From Roseiflexaceae bacterium (GTDB lineage Bacteria > Chloroflexota > Chloroflexia > Chloroflexales > Roseiflexaceae), in the NCBI GenBank assembly GCA_049428765.1, contig JBMTAN010000002.1, forward strand, positions 589 through 64,588: a stretch of DNA of 64,000 nt, given 5' to 3'. Below are positions 31,679 to 41,102 of the stretch, one piece after another. The number at the start of each line of letters is the position of its first letter. Within the stretch, counting starts at the first letter, position 1. Both the position numbers and the translations under genes were made by a program. Under the pieces are notes generated by a model that had not been told where the DNA came from, ran no database searches, and saw only the letters and a program-made list of their open reading frames with translations.

Positions 31679-31740
31679 AATCCGCATTGTGTGCTATTGC
31701 ACGTATAGTTTCTTGACTACTTATAAGGAGCGACGGCATC

Positions 31741-32091
31741 ATGTCGCAGCAAATTCTCGACGCCATTGAGCAGCGTCAACTCAAGGCCGACGTGCCGGAT
31801 TTTCGCGAAGGCGATACGGTCCGCGTTGGCGTGCGCGTGGTTGAAGGTAGCCGCGAGCGTGTCCAGGACTTCGAGGGTGTAGTAATTCGCAAGCGTGCAG
31901 GTGGTATCAACGCCAACTTCACCGTGCGCCGCATGGCATCACACGGAATCGGCGTCGAGCGTACCTTCTTGTTGAACGCTCCCCGCGTCGACTCAATTAC
32001 CGTGGTTCGCCGTGGTAAGGTTCGTCGCTCACGTCTCTTCTACCTGCGTGGCTTGACCGGTAAGGCTGCCCGCATCAAAGAGCGTCGCTAA
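31741..32091 (+). CDS. rplS: 50S ribosomal protein L19
   Basis: 116 aa of canonical L19 sequence (FREGDTVRV...[11 protein letters not shown]). AAGGAG upstream. Confidence 0.95.
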   Translation: MSQQILDAIEQRQLKADVPDFREGDTVRVGVRVVEGSRERVQDFEGVVIRKRAGGINANFTVRRMASHGIGVERTFLLNAPRVDSITVVRRGKVRRSRLFYLRGLTGKAARIKERR

Positions 32092-32097
32092 CGACCG

Positions 32098-32670
32098 ATG
32101 CACGCCTGGGCATTACAGCTGTATCGCTGGTTGCTTGAGCGCTTGTACTACCAATTTGCCCCTTTGTACGACACAGTGGCTACGCTTATATCGCGTGGCC
32201 ACTGGTTTATTTGGGGTGAGGCCCTCATCCCATTTTGCGCCGGCCCCGTCCTCGAGTTAGGCTGTGGTACCGGGCATTTGCAGGCCAGCCTAGCCACACA
32301 CGGCATATGGAGCATCGGTCTCGATCGCTCGCCCGCTATGCTCGCCCAGGCACAACACCGTACAGCACGCCTAATACGCGCCGACAGCCAGGCACTCCCC
32401 TGTGCCGATCAATCATTCTCCACCGTAGTTGCCGCATTCCCTGCGCCCTACATTGCAGATCCAGCCACATTGACCGAGGTCACCCGCGTCTTAAAACCTG
32501 GTGGCTATCTTGTCATCTTGCTCGCAGCAGGGCGCATGCAATTGCAGGCGCACCCACTATGGCACCAGCTCACACAGCAGAGCTGGTACCTCGAGGCACC
32601 GGTAATCACCATGCATGCCACCCAGTTAAATATTATCGTGGCGAGGCCCCCACATGGCACCCACACTTGA
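32098..32670 (+). CDS. class I SAM-dependent methyltransferase
   Basis: 190 aa with motif I VLELGCGTG and post-I and post-II motifs. Confidence 0.8.
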   Translation: MHAWALQLYRWLLERLYYQFAPLYDTVATLISRGHWFIWGEALIPFCAGPVLELGCGTGHLQASLATHGIWSIGLDRSPAMLAQAQHRTARLIRADSQALPCADQSFSTVVAAFPAPYIADPATLTEVTRVLKPGGYLVILLAAGRMQLQAHPLWHQLTQQSWYLEAPVITMHATQLNIIVARPPHGTHT

Positions 32671-33271
32671 GCATGAACTACACTTTGTGACCCAAGGATA
32701 TCACCTAATTGCCGGTATCGACGAGGTCGGACGTGGCTGTTGGGCCGGTCCGGTGGTTGCCGCAGCGGTCGTACTCAGCGATGTGGTCTATCACATGCCC
32801 AATGTACTCGCCGGCCTCAACGACTCAAAACAACTCAGCGCAAACCAACGACTCGCTTTGGTTGACACGATTGAGCGAGTGGCATTAGGTATCGGTGTGG
32901 GCATAGTCTCCGCTCACGACATTGATACCCTCGGCATCCTCACGGCCACGCGCTACGCCATGCAACAAGCGGTGATGCAGTTACCCGTCATCCCACAGGC
33001 TATTGTGGTAGATGCCGTTGCATTCCCCCGTTGGCCGATCCCACAACAAGCAATTATCAAAGGCGATGAGCAAAGTCTATCGATTGCAGCCGCCTCAGTT
33101 ATCGCCAAAGTCCGGCGCGACCAAATGCTCATTGCCCTCGATCGCACCTACCCGACCTATGGATTTGCCCAGCACAAAGGCTACGGCACAGCTCAACACC
33201 AACAGGCATTACGACAACATGGTTTGATTCAGCAGCATCGCCGGAGCTTCAGGCCCATGGTTGAGATGTAG
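32654..33271 (+). CDS. rnhB: ribonuclease HII
   Basis: 205 aa with motifs GIDEVGRG, DSKQL and HKGYGT. Confidence 0.9.
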   Translation: MAPTLEHELHFVTQGYHLIAGIDEVGRGCWAGPVVAAAVVLSDVVYHMPNVLAGLNDSKQLSANQRLALVDTIERVALGIGVGIVSAHDIDTLGILTATRYAMQQAVMQLPVIPQAIVVDAVAFPRWPIPQQAIIKGDEQSLSIAAASVIAKVRRDQMLIALDRTYPTYGFAQHKGYGTAQHQQALRQHGLIQQHRRSFRPMVEM

Positions 33272-33284
33272 GTTTTACAATACT

Positions 33285-33751
33285 GGGCGCCCTGTCGGAC
33301 ACCCAAACGCCACATGGGGCGTCGATAGCGAGCGATACACCTACCACAAAACCCTCCGTGGATCTCACATGCATACTCCCATCACATCATGGAATCACCA
33401 CAATCAACATCTCCTCTAATCCGTCATTGCATGGCCACGTACTCAATGGATGTGCTGCATGGTATGTCTCGTGGCCGTGCAATCTTCTCCTATGGATATT
33501 CAGCGACCTACCTATTCCCTTCGAACAAGACTGCACGCCCGTATCGGCCAAACGGCCCTGTCGGACGCCCATATGACAACAGGGGCGCTGCAAGCGACAC
33601 CCCTACCTGAACCACCTCCGTGCCTCTGCGCGCAACTTCTGCCTGGTCCTCGTGAAAACACCATACCGCCACCCAATCCCATACCGGGCGCACTCTCGGA
33701 CGCCCATACGAACAGGGCGCCACGAGCGACACACCTACCACAACCTTCGTA
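33285..33751. repeat. repeat-filled spacer: three copies of a ~70-bp element plus one ~110-bp composite element
   Basis: The ~70-bp copies are at 33285-33360, 33552-33622 and 33685-33751. Their core is CCTGTCGGACGCCCATA..ACAGGGCGC..CGAGCGACACACCTACCAC. The composite element at 33429-33539 has a twin at 62160-62268. Confidence 0.8.
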
Positions 33752-33842
33752 CACAAAAGGGCACCATAGTGATATATGCAGAACGAACGACTTTTGGTAT
33801 AGTTATGGTGAGTAGCGATATTGCCAAAATAAAAGGAAACCG

Positions 33843-36371
33843 ATGGGATTTCATGGGAGACAGACCGAACTTGCGCTATTGCGCCAATACTGGGATTCAT
33901 GCACCCAACGCAAAGCCCCGAGCGTTGTCACGCTCGTCGGTGAGAGTGGTATCGGCAAAAGTCGTATAGTACGCGAGTTCTTTCGACAACTCGTTAATGA
34001 TCCGCAGTGGAATCCATCAGAGCATGATTTTTGGCCAACCGACCCAACCAGCGTAGCCATCCTTGCAACTGACCCACTCGCCTCCGAACATGTAGCATCC
34101 GGACCACCGCAGTTTCTGTGGATCGGGCTCGACTGTGCACATATTCCTCTTGATAATTTGCTCGAACAAATCGAAACGCAACGACAGCTCTACCAACGCT
34201 TTCAGGCCCCGCTCAAGCGACTCGGTCAAGGGGTGCGCCAAACAATGGATCCCCAGCGCTGGACATCGTTTTATAACCAACACTTGGCCTCGGTAGTACA
34301 TACCGTCTTGTCGCCGGTCGCCAAGACTGACGACGAGGCCACGCCCGAAACATTTGCCCAACAGGTTATCATGAGCAATCTAGCGCAACAGATTGTGGCA
34401 GTGAGTCCGCTACCAGTCTGTTTGTTCCTTGATAACGTCGATCGCCTCAATCAGGCTAGTCAGCACGCAGTAGCACATTTTGTGCATACATCACTCAAGC
34501 AAGATTGGCCATTGATGATCGTAGCCACGCACCACAACGAGCGTTGGGACGAATTAGCCGATGATTATATTTGGAAAGAGAATATCTGGGTTGAGATAAC
34601 GCCAGCTAGTGAAGTCGATGCATTTAGTTACTTGGCCGAGCACTTTAGCGGCTTGACGGTTGATCACATCGAATACATATTACAAAGCGCTAATGGCAAC
34701 TTTCGGGTGCTCCACGAGTATATCAATGAACTGCGCGCCAATCCAAGTTACTTCGTCAACGGCGATTTTAGTCAGACACTAAACCCAACCGGCAGCGCTC
34801 GATTGCGCACCTGGCAGGCACCTCATCAACGTATTTTGGCGCAACGCTACCGTGACGAACAAGCCGGCGTCGAGCAGTTACTCCAACATATCGGCCATCT
34901 CAATCTCGATTTATCGTTTTTGTTGACCGTGGTGATGCGGCAGAACCCCAAACCACTCTTACGATTGCTTGATGAAGCCCTTGAGATATGGCTCAACGAA
35001 GCCTTTGACGACCACGGTGAATTACTCAACTCAGGCAACAACACGCTCGCTGATTTACCGGTGACCCACCAACAAATGCTGACCACTCTCGGGCACTTAC
35101 GCCTACCTATCAATGGCCGTTCATGGCTCAAAGCCACGGTGATGGCCTGTATCAGCTACGGCAAACAACAACAATGGTCATACCTGAATCAATACGCCAG
35201 CACGCTCGACAGCGTTGATTGGCGCCAACACGCCGGCACCACCATTGGCTGGCAGACGCTTGAACAACTCGCGTCACAACTCCAACAGTCCGGTAGCTAC
35301 CCAATGGCCAATCAGCTCTATGATGCGATTGCCGATGAACAGCAACCCGATGCCGAGTTTGCCGATACCATCGAGCACAACGATCGTTATGCCAAAATTC
35401 TGCACACAATGGTGCAACATGCCCAACCCCAAAAGAACTCAGCTCGCACGCTCGAACTACTCGAGCGCAGTCTAGAGCCACTGCGTAGCCTGGCCCGTAC
35501 CCGCGTCAACGTCGAAGATTTGCGCAATGTGACCCAGACCCTCCTACAAATCGGCCAAATCTACGAAAAACGCGGCTTGCCTGTCGTTGCCTCCGTAGCA
35601 GAGCCCTACTTTGGCGAAATGCTGATGCACCAACGCAACCGACTCAAACCGGAGAGTCGAGCCAGTGCCGATGCCATGTACGCCGATGCCATCACACTCA
35701 GTCATGAGGCACACGGCTACGCCAATCAGCTGGTTGAGACCCAACAAACGACACCCAACATCCACCAGCTCGTCGGCGCCCTCGGCCAACTGAGCCGATT
35801 ACAACGCGGCGCCAATCAAACCAGCGATGCACTGGCAATGACCCAAGAGTGGCTACTGTGGCACCGCCAAATGAGCTCGGGCGCAATTACACCGACTAGT
35901 CGGCGCACTCAAATCGGCATTCTGATTCAACTGGCCGAACTGCACCTGGTCACCAACAACCAGAGCGAGGCAATCGCTACCCTGACCGAGGCTATGGGCA
36001 TGTCCCAAAGCTTGCATGGCGCAAGCGAGACACCAGCCGATTACCTTCAGCGCAGCCTCATCCTCAGCGCCCATAGCCGTAGTGCCCTTGCTAATAGCGA
36101 TCGCAACCGGGCACTTGAGGTGGCCATCGAGCTGCTCAACGTACGCCGTGCCATCACCAATCAAGCACCCTCAATGATACATGTGCGCCATCTGTTGAGT
36201 GCCATGCACCTGACCGGGCAGCTGCTCAGCCAACTCAACTACCACAACGAGGCGCGTAATTTGGCCAACGAGGCCCAACACATTGCCAATCAGGCCTTCA
36301 GGGCAGTTCCCCCTGCCAAAGTGCGGTACGATATCGCCGTTTTGCGCAGTTGGAGTCAATTCGTCGGCTAG
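33843..36371 (+). CDS. STAND-type AAA_16 ATPase with long C-terminal helical (TPR-like) repeat region
   Basis: 842 aa. It opens with FHGRQTELALLRQYW, then Walker A GESGIGKS and Walker B VCLFLDNVD. The remaining ~550 aa are helical-repeat-like. No DNA-binding or effector domain is recognisable. Confidence 0.8.
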   Translation: MGFHGRQTELALLRQYWDSCTQRKAPSVVTLVGESGIGKSRIVREFFRQLVNDPQWNPSEHDFWPTDPTSVAILATDPLASEHVASGPPQFLWIGLDCAHIPLDNLLEQIETQRQLYQRFQAPLKRLGQGVRQTMDPQRWTSFYNQHLASVVHTVLSPVAKTDDEATPETFAQQVIMSNLAQQIVAVSPLPVCLFLDNVDRLNQASQHAVAHFVHTSLKQDWPLMIVATHHNERWDELADDYIWKENIWVEITPASEVDAFSYLAEHFSGLTVDHIEYILQSANGNFRVLHEYINELRANPSYFVNGDFSQTLNPTGSARLRTWQAPHQRILAQRYRDEQAGVEQLLQHIGHLNLDLSFLLTVVMRQNPKPLLRLLDEALEIWLNEAFDDHGELLNSGNNTLADLPVTHQQMLTTLGHLRLPINGRSWLKATVMACISYGKQQQWSYLNQYASTLDSVDWRQHAGTTIGWQTLEQLASQLQQSGSYPMANQLYDAIADEQQPDAEFADTIEHNDRYAKILHTMVQHAQPQKNSARTLELLERSLEPLRSLARTRVNVEDLRNVTQTLLQIGQIYEKRGLPVVASVAEPYFGEMLMHQRNRLKPESRASADAMYADAITLSHEAHGYANQLVETQQTTPNIHQLVGALGQLSRLQRGANQTSDALAMTQEWLLWHRQMSSGAITPTSRRTQIGILIQLAELHLVTNNQSEAIATLTEAMGMSQSLHGASETPADYLQRSLILSAHSRSALANSDRNRALEVAIELLNVRRAITNQAPSMIHVRHLLSAMHLTGQLLSQLNYHNEARNLANEAQHIANQAFRAVPPAKVRYDIAVLRSWSQFVG

Positions 36372-36441
36372 TCACTACACATCAACCCGCTAATTCTCGT
36401 ACAATGATGAGGATTCAGGTTGATACGATTGAGGACACCGC

Positions 36442-37161
36442 ATGACGAACGCATTTGATGCACTTGAATATGTGCGCCAACTTCGCACAATTGGCCCCGA
36501 GATGCCATTCCCATTAGCGCAGCACATCGTCGCTACCGGCGAGGACGCTGTCGCCCCACTTGTCGCCCTGGCCATCGACACCGAGCTCTTAGTCGGTGCC
36601 GAGCCACGCTGCTATGCCCCCATCCACGCCTTACGCATGCTCGGCGAGATCGGCACCCTCGACGCCGTCGCCCCGCTGATTCATGCACCAATCCCTGCCG
36701 CACCTAATCAAGCCATCGAGAAACGCACGGCCATCTGGGACGGCGAGTTACCCCAAGTCATCGCCCGCATCGGCGTTGCCGCCTACGAGCCACTCATCGC
36801 ACTACTCGACGACGAACACACCAGCAATATCGGCCACCACCGCGCCGCCATCGCCTTGGCTTACTTGAGCGTCGCCCAGCCCGATCTGACCGACCAAATT
36901 GTCACAACCCTCGAGGCGCGTCTCACTAGTACCGATACCGACCGTAACGCATCAGTGGCACTAGCATTGGCTAACATGGGCGTTGATCGCAGTTATACGG
37001 TAGTGATGCAGGCCTACAAAGATGGACATTTGGCCAAAGACGCCGTCCAGCCTGGACCATTGCGTCAGCTCTTGCTCAGCAAAAGCAACGCCCGCTTGCG
37101 CTGTGTCACTCACCCACTCGACGAGCGTTATGCCCACCATCCGCTGACGCCGACAAATTAA
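36442..37161 (+). CDS. hypothetical alpha-helical protein (HEAT/ARM-like repeats suspected)
   Basis: 239 aa. GAGGA lies 6 nt upstream, 70 nt after the STAND gene. Repeated A..AL..LG..G helical motifs are present. Confidence 0.6.
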   Translation: MTNAFDALEYVRQLRTIGPEMPFPLAQHIVATGEDAVAPLVALAIDTELLVGAEPRCYAPIHALRMLGEIGTLDAVAPLIHAPIPAAPNQAIEKRTAIWDGELPQVIARIGVAAYEPLIALLDDEHTSNIGHHRAAIALAYLSVAQPDLTDQIVTTLEARLTSTDTDRNASVALALANMGVDRSYTVVMQAYKDGHLAKDAVQPGPLRQLLLSKSNARLRCVTHPLDERYAHHPLTPTN

Positions 37162-37179
37162 GCCACATGGGAAGAGACT

Positions 37180-38148
37180 ATGATATCGATTATCCTCAAC
37201 GAATCGTGGGAGGCGGCGCTGTTCGAGGCCGCCTTCGCCGGCGAGGCGCTGACGCTCTACCCTGCAGGAACTCCTGCCAGTGCAGTTGACCCTGCTACCA
37301 CGGTGCTAAGCGTGTTTATTCACACGCCGATTAACGCTACCGATATGCAGCGCTTGCCCAATCTACAGCTCATCGCCATCCGCGCCACCGGCTACGACCA
37401 TGTTGATGTGGCAACTGCAGCGGCGCGAGGTGTCACTGTATGTAACGTGCCAGCCTATGGCGAGCGCACGGTTGCTGAGTATGCTATGGCGCTGATGTTG
37501 GCCTGTACGCGCCTGATTATCCCCAGCACATTACGCCTCAAACAGGAGTGGAGTAAGGATTTACACGACCTACGTGGTGTCGATTTGTTCGGCAAAACAG
37601 TCGGTATCGTCGGCACTGGCCTGATTGGCCGCAACTTTGGGCGCATGACCACCGGCTTCAAGATGCAGATTTTGGCCCACGACCTCGCTCCCAATCACGA
37701 ATGGGCCGAGGAGGTCGGTGCCCAGTATGTGGACCTCAATGATTTGTATGAGCAGGCCGACATCATCTCATTTCACGCCCCACTCCTGCCGAGCACCCAT
37801 CACCTGTTTAACACGCAGAGCTTGAGCCAGGTCAAACCCGGGGTCATCATTGTCAATACATCACGCGGCGCACTTATTGAAAACGCAGCGCTCTTGACGG
37901 GCCTTGACCAAGGGCTCATTCGGGCTGCGGGACTCGATGTCATCGAACATGAGGCTATGATCGGCAGTGGCAATCACACGCCCGAAATTGCACTGATGCG
38001 CCAGCTCCTCGACCATCCACGCGTCATCGCTAGTGCCCACAACGCATTCAACAGCGCCGAGGCCCTCGAACGCATCATTACCACCACCATTGCCACCATT
38101 TGCCAGATGCAGGCAGGTATGGCACCACAGTACGTGATACGCCGGTAG
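37180..38148 (+). CDS. D-isomer-specific 2-hydroxyacid dehydrogenase family protein
   Basis: 322 aa with NAD motif GIVGTGLIGR and a catalytic R..E..H pattern. The stop codon lies inside a palindromic repeat. Confidence 0.9.
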   Translation: MISIILNESWEAALFEAAFAGEALTLYPAGTPASAVDPATTVLSVFIHTPINATDMQRLPNLQLIAIRATGYDHVDVATAAARGVTVCNVPAYGERTVAEYAMALMLACTRLIIPSTLRLKQEWSKDLHDLRGVDLFGKTVGIVGTGLIGRNFGRMTTGFKMQILAHDLAPNHEWAEEVGAQYVDLNDLYEQADIISFHAPLLPSTHHLFNTQSLSQVKPGVIIVNTSRGALIENAALLTGLDQGLIRAAGLDVIEHEAMIGSGNHTPEIALMRQLLDHPRVIASAHNAFNSAEALERIITTTIATICQMQAGMAPQYVIRR

Positions 38149-38174
38149 AGACGCAGCACTGCTGCGTCTCTACC
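38144..38174. repeat. palindromic repeat GGTAGAGACGCAGCA-C-TGCTGCGTCTCTACC
   Basis: Perfect 15-bp arms between convergent genes. A partial copy of the CCTGTCGGACGCCC element follows at 38193-38220. Confidence 0.85.
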
Positions 38175-38212
38175 CGGGGCGATGATCATCCCGGGCGCCC
38201 TGTCGGACGCCC

Positions 38213-38980
38213 CTACGGGGTTACCGTGGCCACAAACTTGACCGACAGGGCAGCCTCATCCTCGGCCTTGAGCACACCACCGATATCGGGTGCTGCAAAA
38301 CCGAAGTCACTCATCTTGATGGTCGTGGTGGCCTCACCCGTGACTGTGTCACCCTGCAACGTGCCGACTACCGTCCACTCGACCGGCTTGGTCACATCAC
38401 GAACCGTCATGTCACCCACCAACGTGAATGTGACTTGCTCACCCTCGGTGTAGCTGGTCGGCAGATTCAACGCATCGGTTGAGACAAAGTCCGCATAGGG
38501 GAACTTGTCTGACTCCAACCACTGTCGGCGAATCGCATTGTCGCGGCGAGGGCTGTCACTTTTGAGCGTGCGCAGATCGACGCGCATGCGGGTCACCTTG
38601 CCACTCGGCTGGCCATCAGTCGTTACCTCGAACTCACCCTCGACGGCATTGGTCACCCCCACGGCGGTAAACAAACGATTGTCAGAGAAGAAAATCTCCT
38701 CCACCGCATACTGGGCACTGCTCTGCGCCGGATCAATCACAAACGTGCGCGGGCTAGCAGCCGGTGCCGCCGTATCTGTGGCTGGTGCAACAGTCGGCTC
38801 GGCCGTTGGTTCCTCAGCAGCCGGTGCCACGGTCGGTTCCACTGCGGGCTCCATGGTTGGCTCAACAACAGTCACCATGGTTGGAGCCATAGTCGGCTCG
38901 GCGGCGGGGGCAGTTGCACCACAGGCTGTCAAAACAACGACGAGGGCACTAAGAATTACAAACTTCTTCATTGTGGGCAT
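38213..38980 (-). CDS. YceI-family lipoprotein with Pro/Thr/Glu-rich linker
   Basis: Lipobox-like signal MKKFVILSALVVVLTAC, an (EPT/APT) repeat linker and a YceI-like beta-barrel domain. Confidence 0.85.
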   Translation of the reverse strand: MPTMKKFVILSALVVVLTACGATAPAAEPTMAPTMVTVVEPTMEPAVEPTVAPAAEEPTAEPTVAPATDTAAPAASPRTFVIDPAQSSAQYAVEEIFFSDNRLFTAVGVTNAVEGEFEVTTDGQPSGKVTRMRVDLRTLKSDSPRRDNAIRRQWLESDKFPYADFVSTDALNLPTSYTEGEQVTFTLVGDMTVRDVTKPVEWTVVGTLQGDTVTGEATTTIKMSDFGFAAPDIGGVLKAEDEAALSVKFVATVTP

Positions 38981-39075
38981 CTCTCTTCAGGTTACATGAA
39001 TCATTGACGTTTTGGTGATACGCACGCGCTCAACAATGAGTCTCATCATGCCTCTACAACACCAGCGTCATATAG

Positions 39076-39105
39076 TTGACAATGTGCACATCCATCAATT
39101 ACTAT
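39076..39105 (+). promoter_or_regulatory. candidate promoter TTGACA-18 nt-TACTAT for the iol operon
   Basis: Read directly. The spacer contains the palindrome ATGTGCACAT, which is related to the operator half-site. Confidence 0.4.
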
Positions 39106-39120
39106 ACCTGACATCCAATT

Positions 39121-39138
39121 TGTGCAAACGTTTGCACA
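39121..39138. promoter_or_regulatory. LacI-family operator, perfect 18-bp palindrome TGTGCAAACGTTTGCACA
   Basis: Perfect palindrome with the central CG typical of LacI/GalR operators. It lies 15 nt downstream of the candidate -10 and 38 nt upstream of the LacI-family gene. Confidence 0.65.
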
Positions 39139-39175
39139 GATGAATATTTGTTGAGAAAAGCAGCCGAGGAGTGGT

Positions 39176-40204
39176 ATGCGTCGTGTCTCAATAGCCGACA
39201 TCGCCCGTCAGGCCAACGTATCGGTCTCGACTGTCTCGCGGGCGCTCAAAGGCAATCAGCGCATCAGCCCTGATGTGCGCCAGCGCGTCGTACGCTTGGC
39301 TGCCGAGCTCGGCTACACACCCAACGCCATCGCCCAGAGTCTGCAACAACGTCAAAGCAACACGATTGGACTTGTCGTACCTGATGTCGCCGATCCGTTT
39401 TGGGGGGAGGTGGTCAAGGGCATCGAGCAGGTGCTCAGTGCCACCAACAAAGCCTTGTTTTTGAGCGCATCACATCATGACGCCATGCGCCAACTGCAAG
39501 TGATAGAACTCTTCTATCAGCGGCGGGTGGACGGGATTATCATTGCAGACGCCCAACTCAGTACCACGCAGTTGGCGCGCCTCGAGCAACTCGGCGCTCC
39601 CATCGTTTTTCTCAATCAACAACGCGAGCTCCAGGATGCACAAGTGCGCTCTATCAGCATCGACAACCGGACGGGTGGGCGGATGGCGGCCTTGCACCTG
39701 TGGCAACTAGGCCACGACCACTTTGCCTATCTGGGCTCGACCAAGCGTCCAGGCTCAAATCAGCAGCGCGCCGAGGGCTTTGTCAGCGAATTGACGGCCA
39801 ACGGCGTACCCGAGCGTCAGATTATCGTGCGCCACAGTAACGACCTGCACGACGACCTCGATTTGGGCTACATGTTGACCAAGCAACTGTTTGAATGGCA
39901 CCGGCCGACGGCGATTTTTTGTTATAACGACATCATGGCGCTCGGTGCCCTGGCCTACATCAACACGCTCGGATTGCAGGTGCCCAACGACGTCAGCGTG
40001 ATGGGCTTTGATGATGTGCAGATGGCCCGTTACAGCACGCCGGCACTAACGACCATCGGCCAACCCAAAGCGGAGCTCGGCCAAGTGGCAGCCCGCACCC
40101 TCCTCGATTTGATTGCTGGCCACCCGGCCACTGATTGTCTGCTCAAACCATTTGTAGTTTCACGCGCAAGTACCAGTCGGTACACGAAAGGAGATCGGCA
40201 ATGA
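39176..40204 (+). CDS. LacI family transcriptional regulator (probable inositol repressor)
   Basis: 342 aa with the HTH IADIARQANVSVSTVSRAL and a periplasmic-binding-protein-like core. It is the first gene of the iol cluster. Confidence 0.9.
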   Translation: MRRVSIADIARQANVSVSTVSRALKGNQRISPDVRQRVVRLAAELGYTPNAIAQSLQQRQSNTIGLVVPDVADPFWGEVVKGIEQVLSATNKALFLSASHHDAMRQLQVIELFYQRRVDGIIIADAQLSTTQLARLEQLGAPIVFLNQQRELQDAQVRSISIDNRTGGRMAALHLWQLGHDHFAYLGSTKRPGSNQQRAEGFVSELTANGVPERQIIVRHSNDLHDDLDLGYMLTKQLFEWHRPTAIFCYNDIMALGALAYINTLGLQVPNDVSVMGFDDVQMARYSTPALTTIGQPKAELGQVAARTLLDLIAGHPATDCLLKPFVVSRASTSRYTKGDRQ

Positions 40205-41100
40205 CGCCCACCTACACCGCCGCCAATTTGCTCGTCGCACCGGGCAACTCACAAGACCCCGATGTTGTCGTCGAGGTCACGCCCGCCTTGGCCCAATGGG
40301 AACACATCAACTTTCAGGTGCGCCGCCTCGCCAGCGGCAAGAGTTGGCAGTTCGCCACCCAGATGCACGAGATGGCAATTGTGGTGCTCAGCGGTACCAT
40401 CAACGTGGTCAGCAATCGTGGTACCTGGCAGATGGGCGGTCGCCCGCACGTATTTGCGGGTGGCGCCTATGTGCTTTACCTGTCGCTCAACACGCAACTG
40501 ACGGTGACGGCTACTAGTGATGCCGAGTTTGCCGTGACTTGGGTCAGCGCCACCCGCGAGTTCACCCCGGTGCTGGTCACGCCAAAGGACATCGCCCAAG
40601 AGATTCGCGGTGGCGACAATGCCACACGCCAGATTAACCAGCTAATGCCGCCAGGATTCCCCTGTGAGCGCCTGGTACTAGTCGAGGTCTACACGCCATC
40701 GGGCAGTTGGTCGAGCTACCCACCGCACAAGCACGACGTCCACCGCGTCGGAGCGGATGGCACCTTGCTTGAGGCCGATCTCGAGGAGGTCTACTTTTAT
40801 AAGCACGACAAGCCGAGCGGCTACGCCTATCAGCACGTCTACACCGACAAGGACTCGCCATTACAGCAGGCCGGTGCGCCCATCGATGCCGTAGTAGTCG
40901 CCCGCCCTGACCACGTGGTGCTCATCCCCGAGGGCTACCACCCAGTTACCAGTGCCCCCGGCTACACCACCTACTACCTGAACGTACTGGCCGGCAGTGC
41001 TCAATCGCTCGCCAACGTCGATGACCCCAATCACACCTGGGTCAAGCACGAGTACCAAGGCACCGACCCGCGCATCCCGATCTATCCACAGGGGCAATAA
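40201..41100 (+). CDS. iolB: 5-deoxy-glucuronate isomerase
   Basis: Start refined to MTPTYTAANL (ATGA overlap with the regulator). IolB motifs NATRQI and VYTPSGSWSSYPPHKHD are present. Confidence 0.9.
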   Translation: MTPTYTAANLLVAPGNSQDPDVVVEVTPALAQWEHINFQVRRLASGKSWQFATQMHEMAIVVLSGTINVVSNRGTWQMGGRPHVFAGGAYVLYLSLNTQLTVTATSDAEFAVTWVSATREFTPVLVTPKDIAQEIRGGDNATRQINQLMPPGFPCERLVLVEVYTPSGSWSSYPPHKHDVHRVGADGTLLEADLEEVYFYKHDKPSGYAYQHVYTDKDSPLQQAGAPIDAVVVARPDHVVLIPEGYHPVTSAPGYTTYYLNVLAGSAQSLANVDDPNHTWVKHEYQGTDPRIPIYPQGQ

Positions 41101-41102
41101 TC

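Noticed and set aside
31548-31740. T-box leader upstream of the hisS-like gene
   Set aside because: I found no T-box consensus (AANNNGGGTGGTACCGCG-like) or specifier/terminator architecture on the minus strand. Much of the spacer is taken up by rplS promoter elements.
33285-33751. Possible CRISPR array (also considered for 3621-3746, 51659-52050 and 62113-62413)
   Set aside because: The repeats are imperfect, of different lengths (about 70, 110, 48/30 and 195 bp), irregularly spaced and partly inside genes. There is no regular 25-40-bp repeat-spacer structure and no cas genes.
33387-33969. Several 70-130-aa ORFs on both strands in the rnhB/STAND spacer, and similar ones at 62095-62388
   Set aside because: They are composed of dispersed repeat elements read as protein. 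The same peptide fragments recur wherever the repeats occur, and none has an SD.
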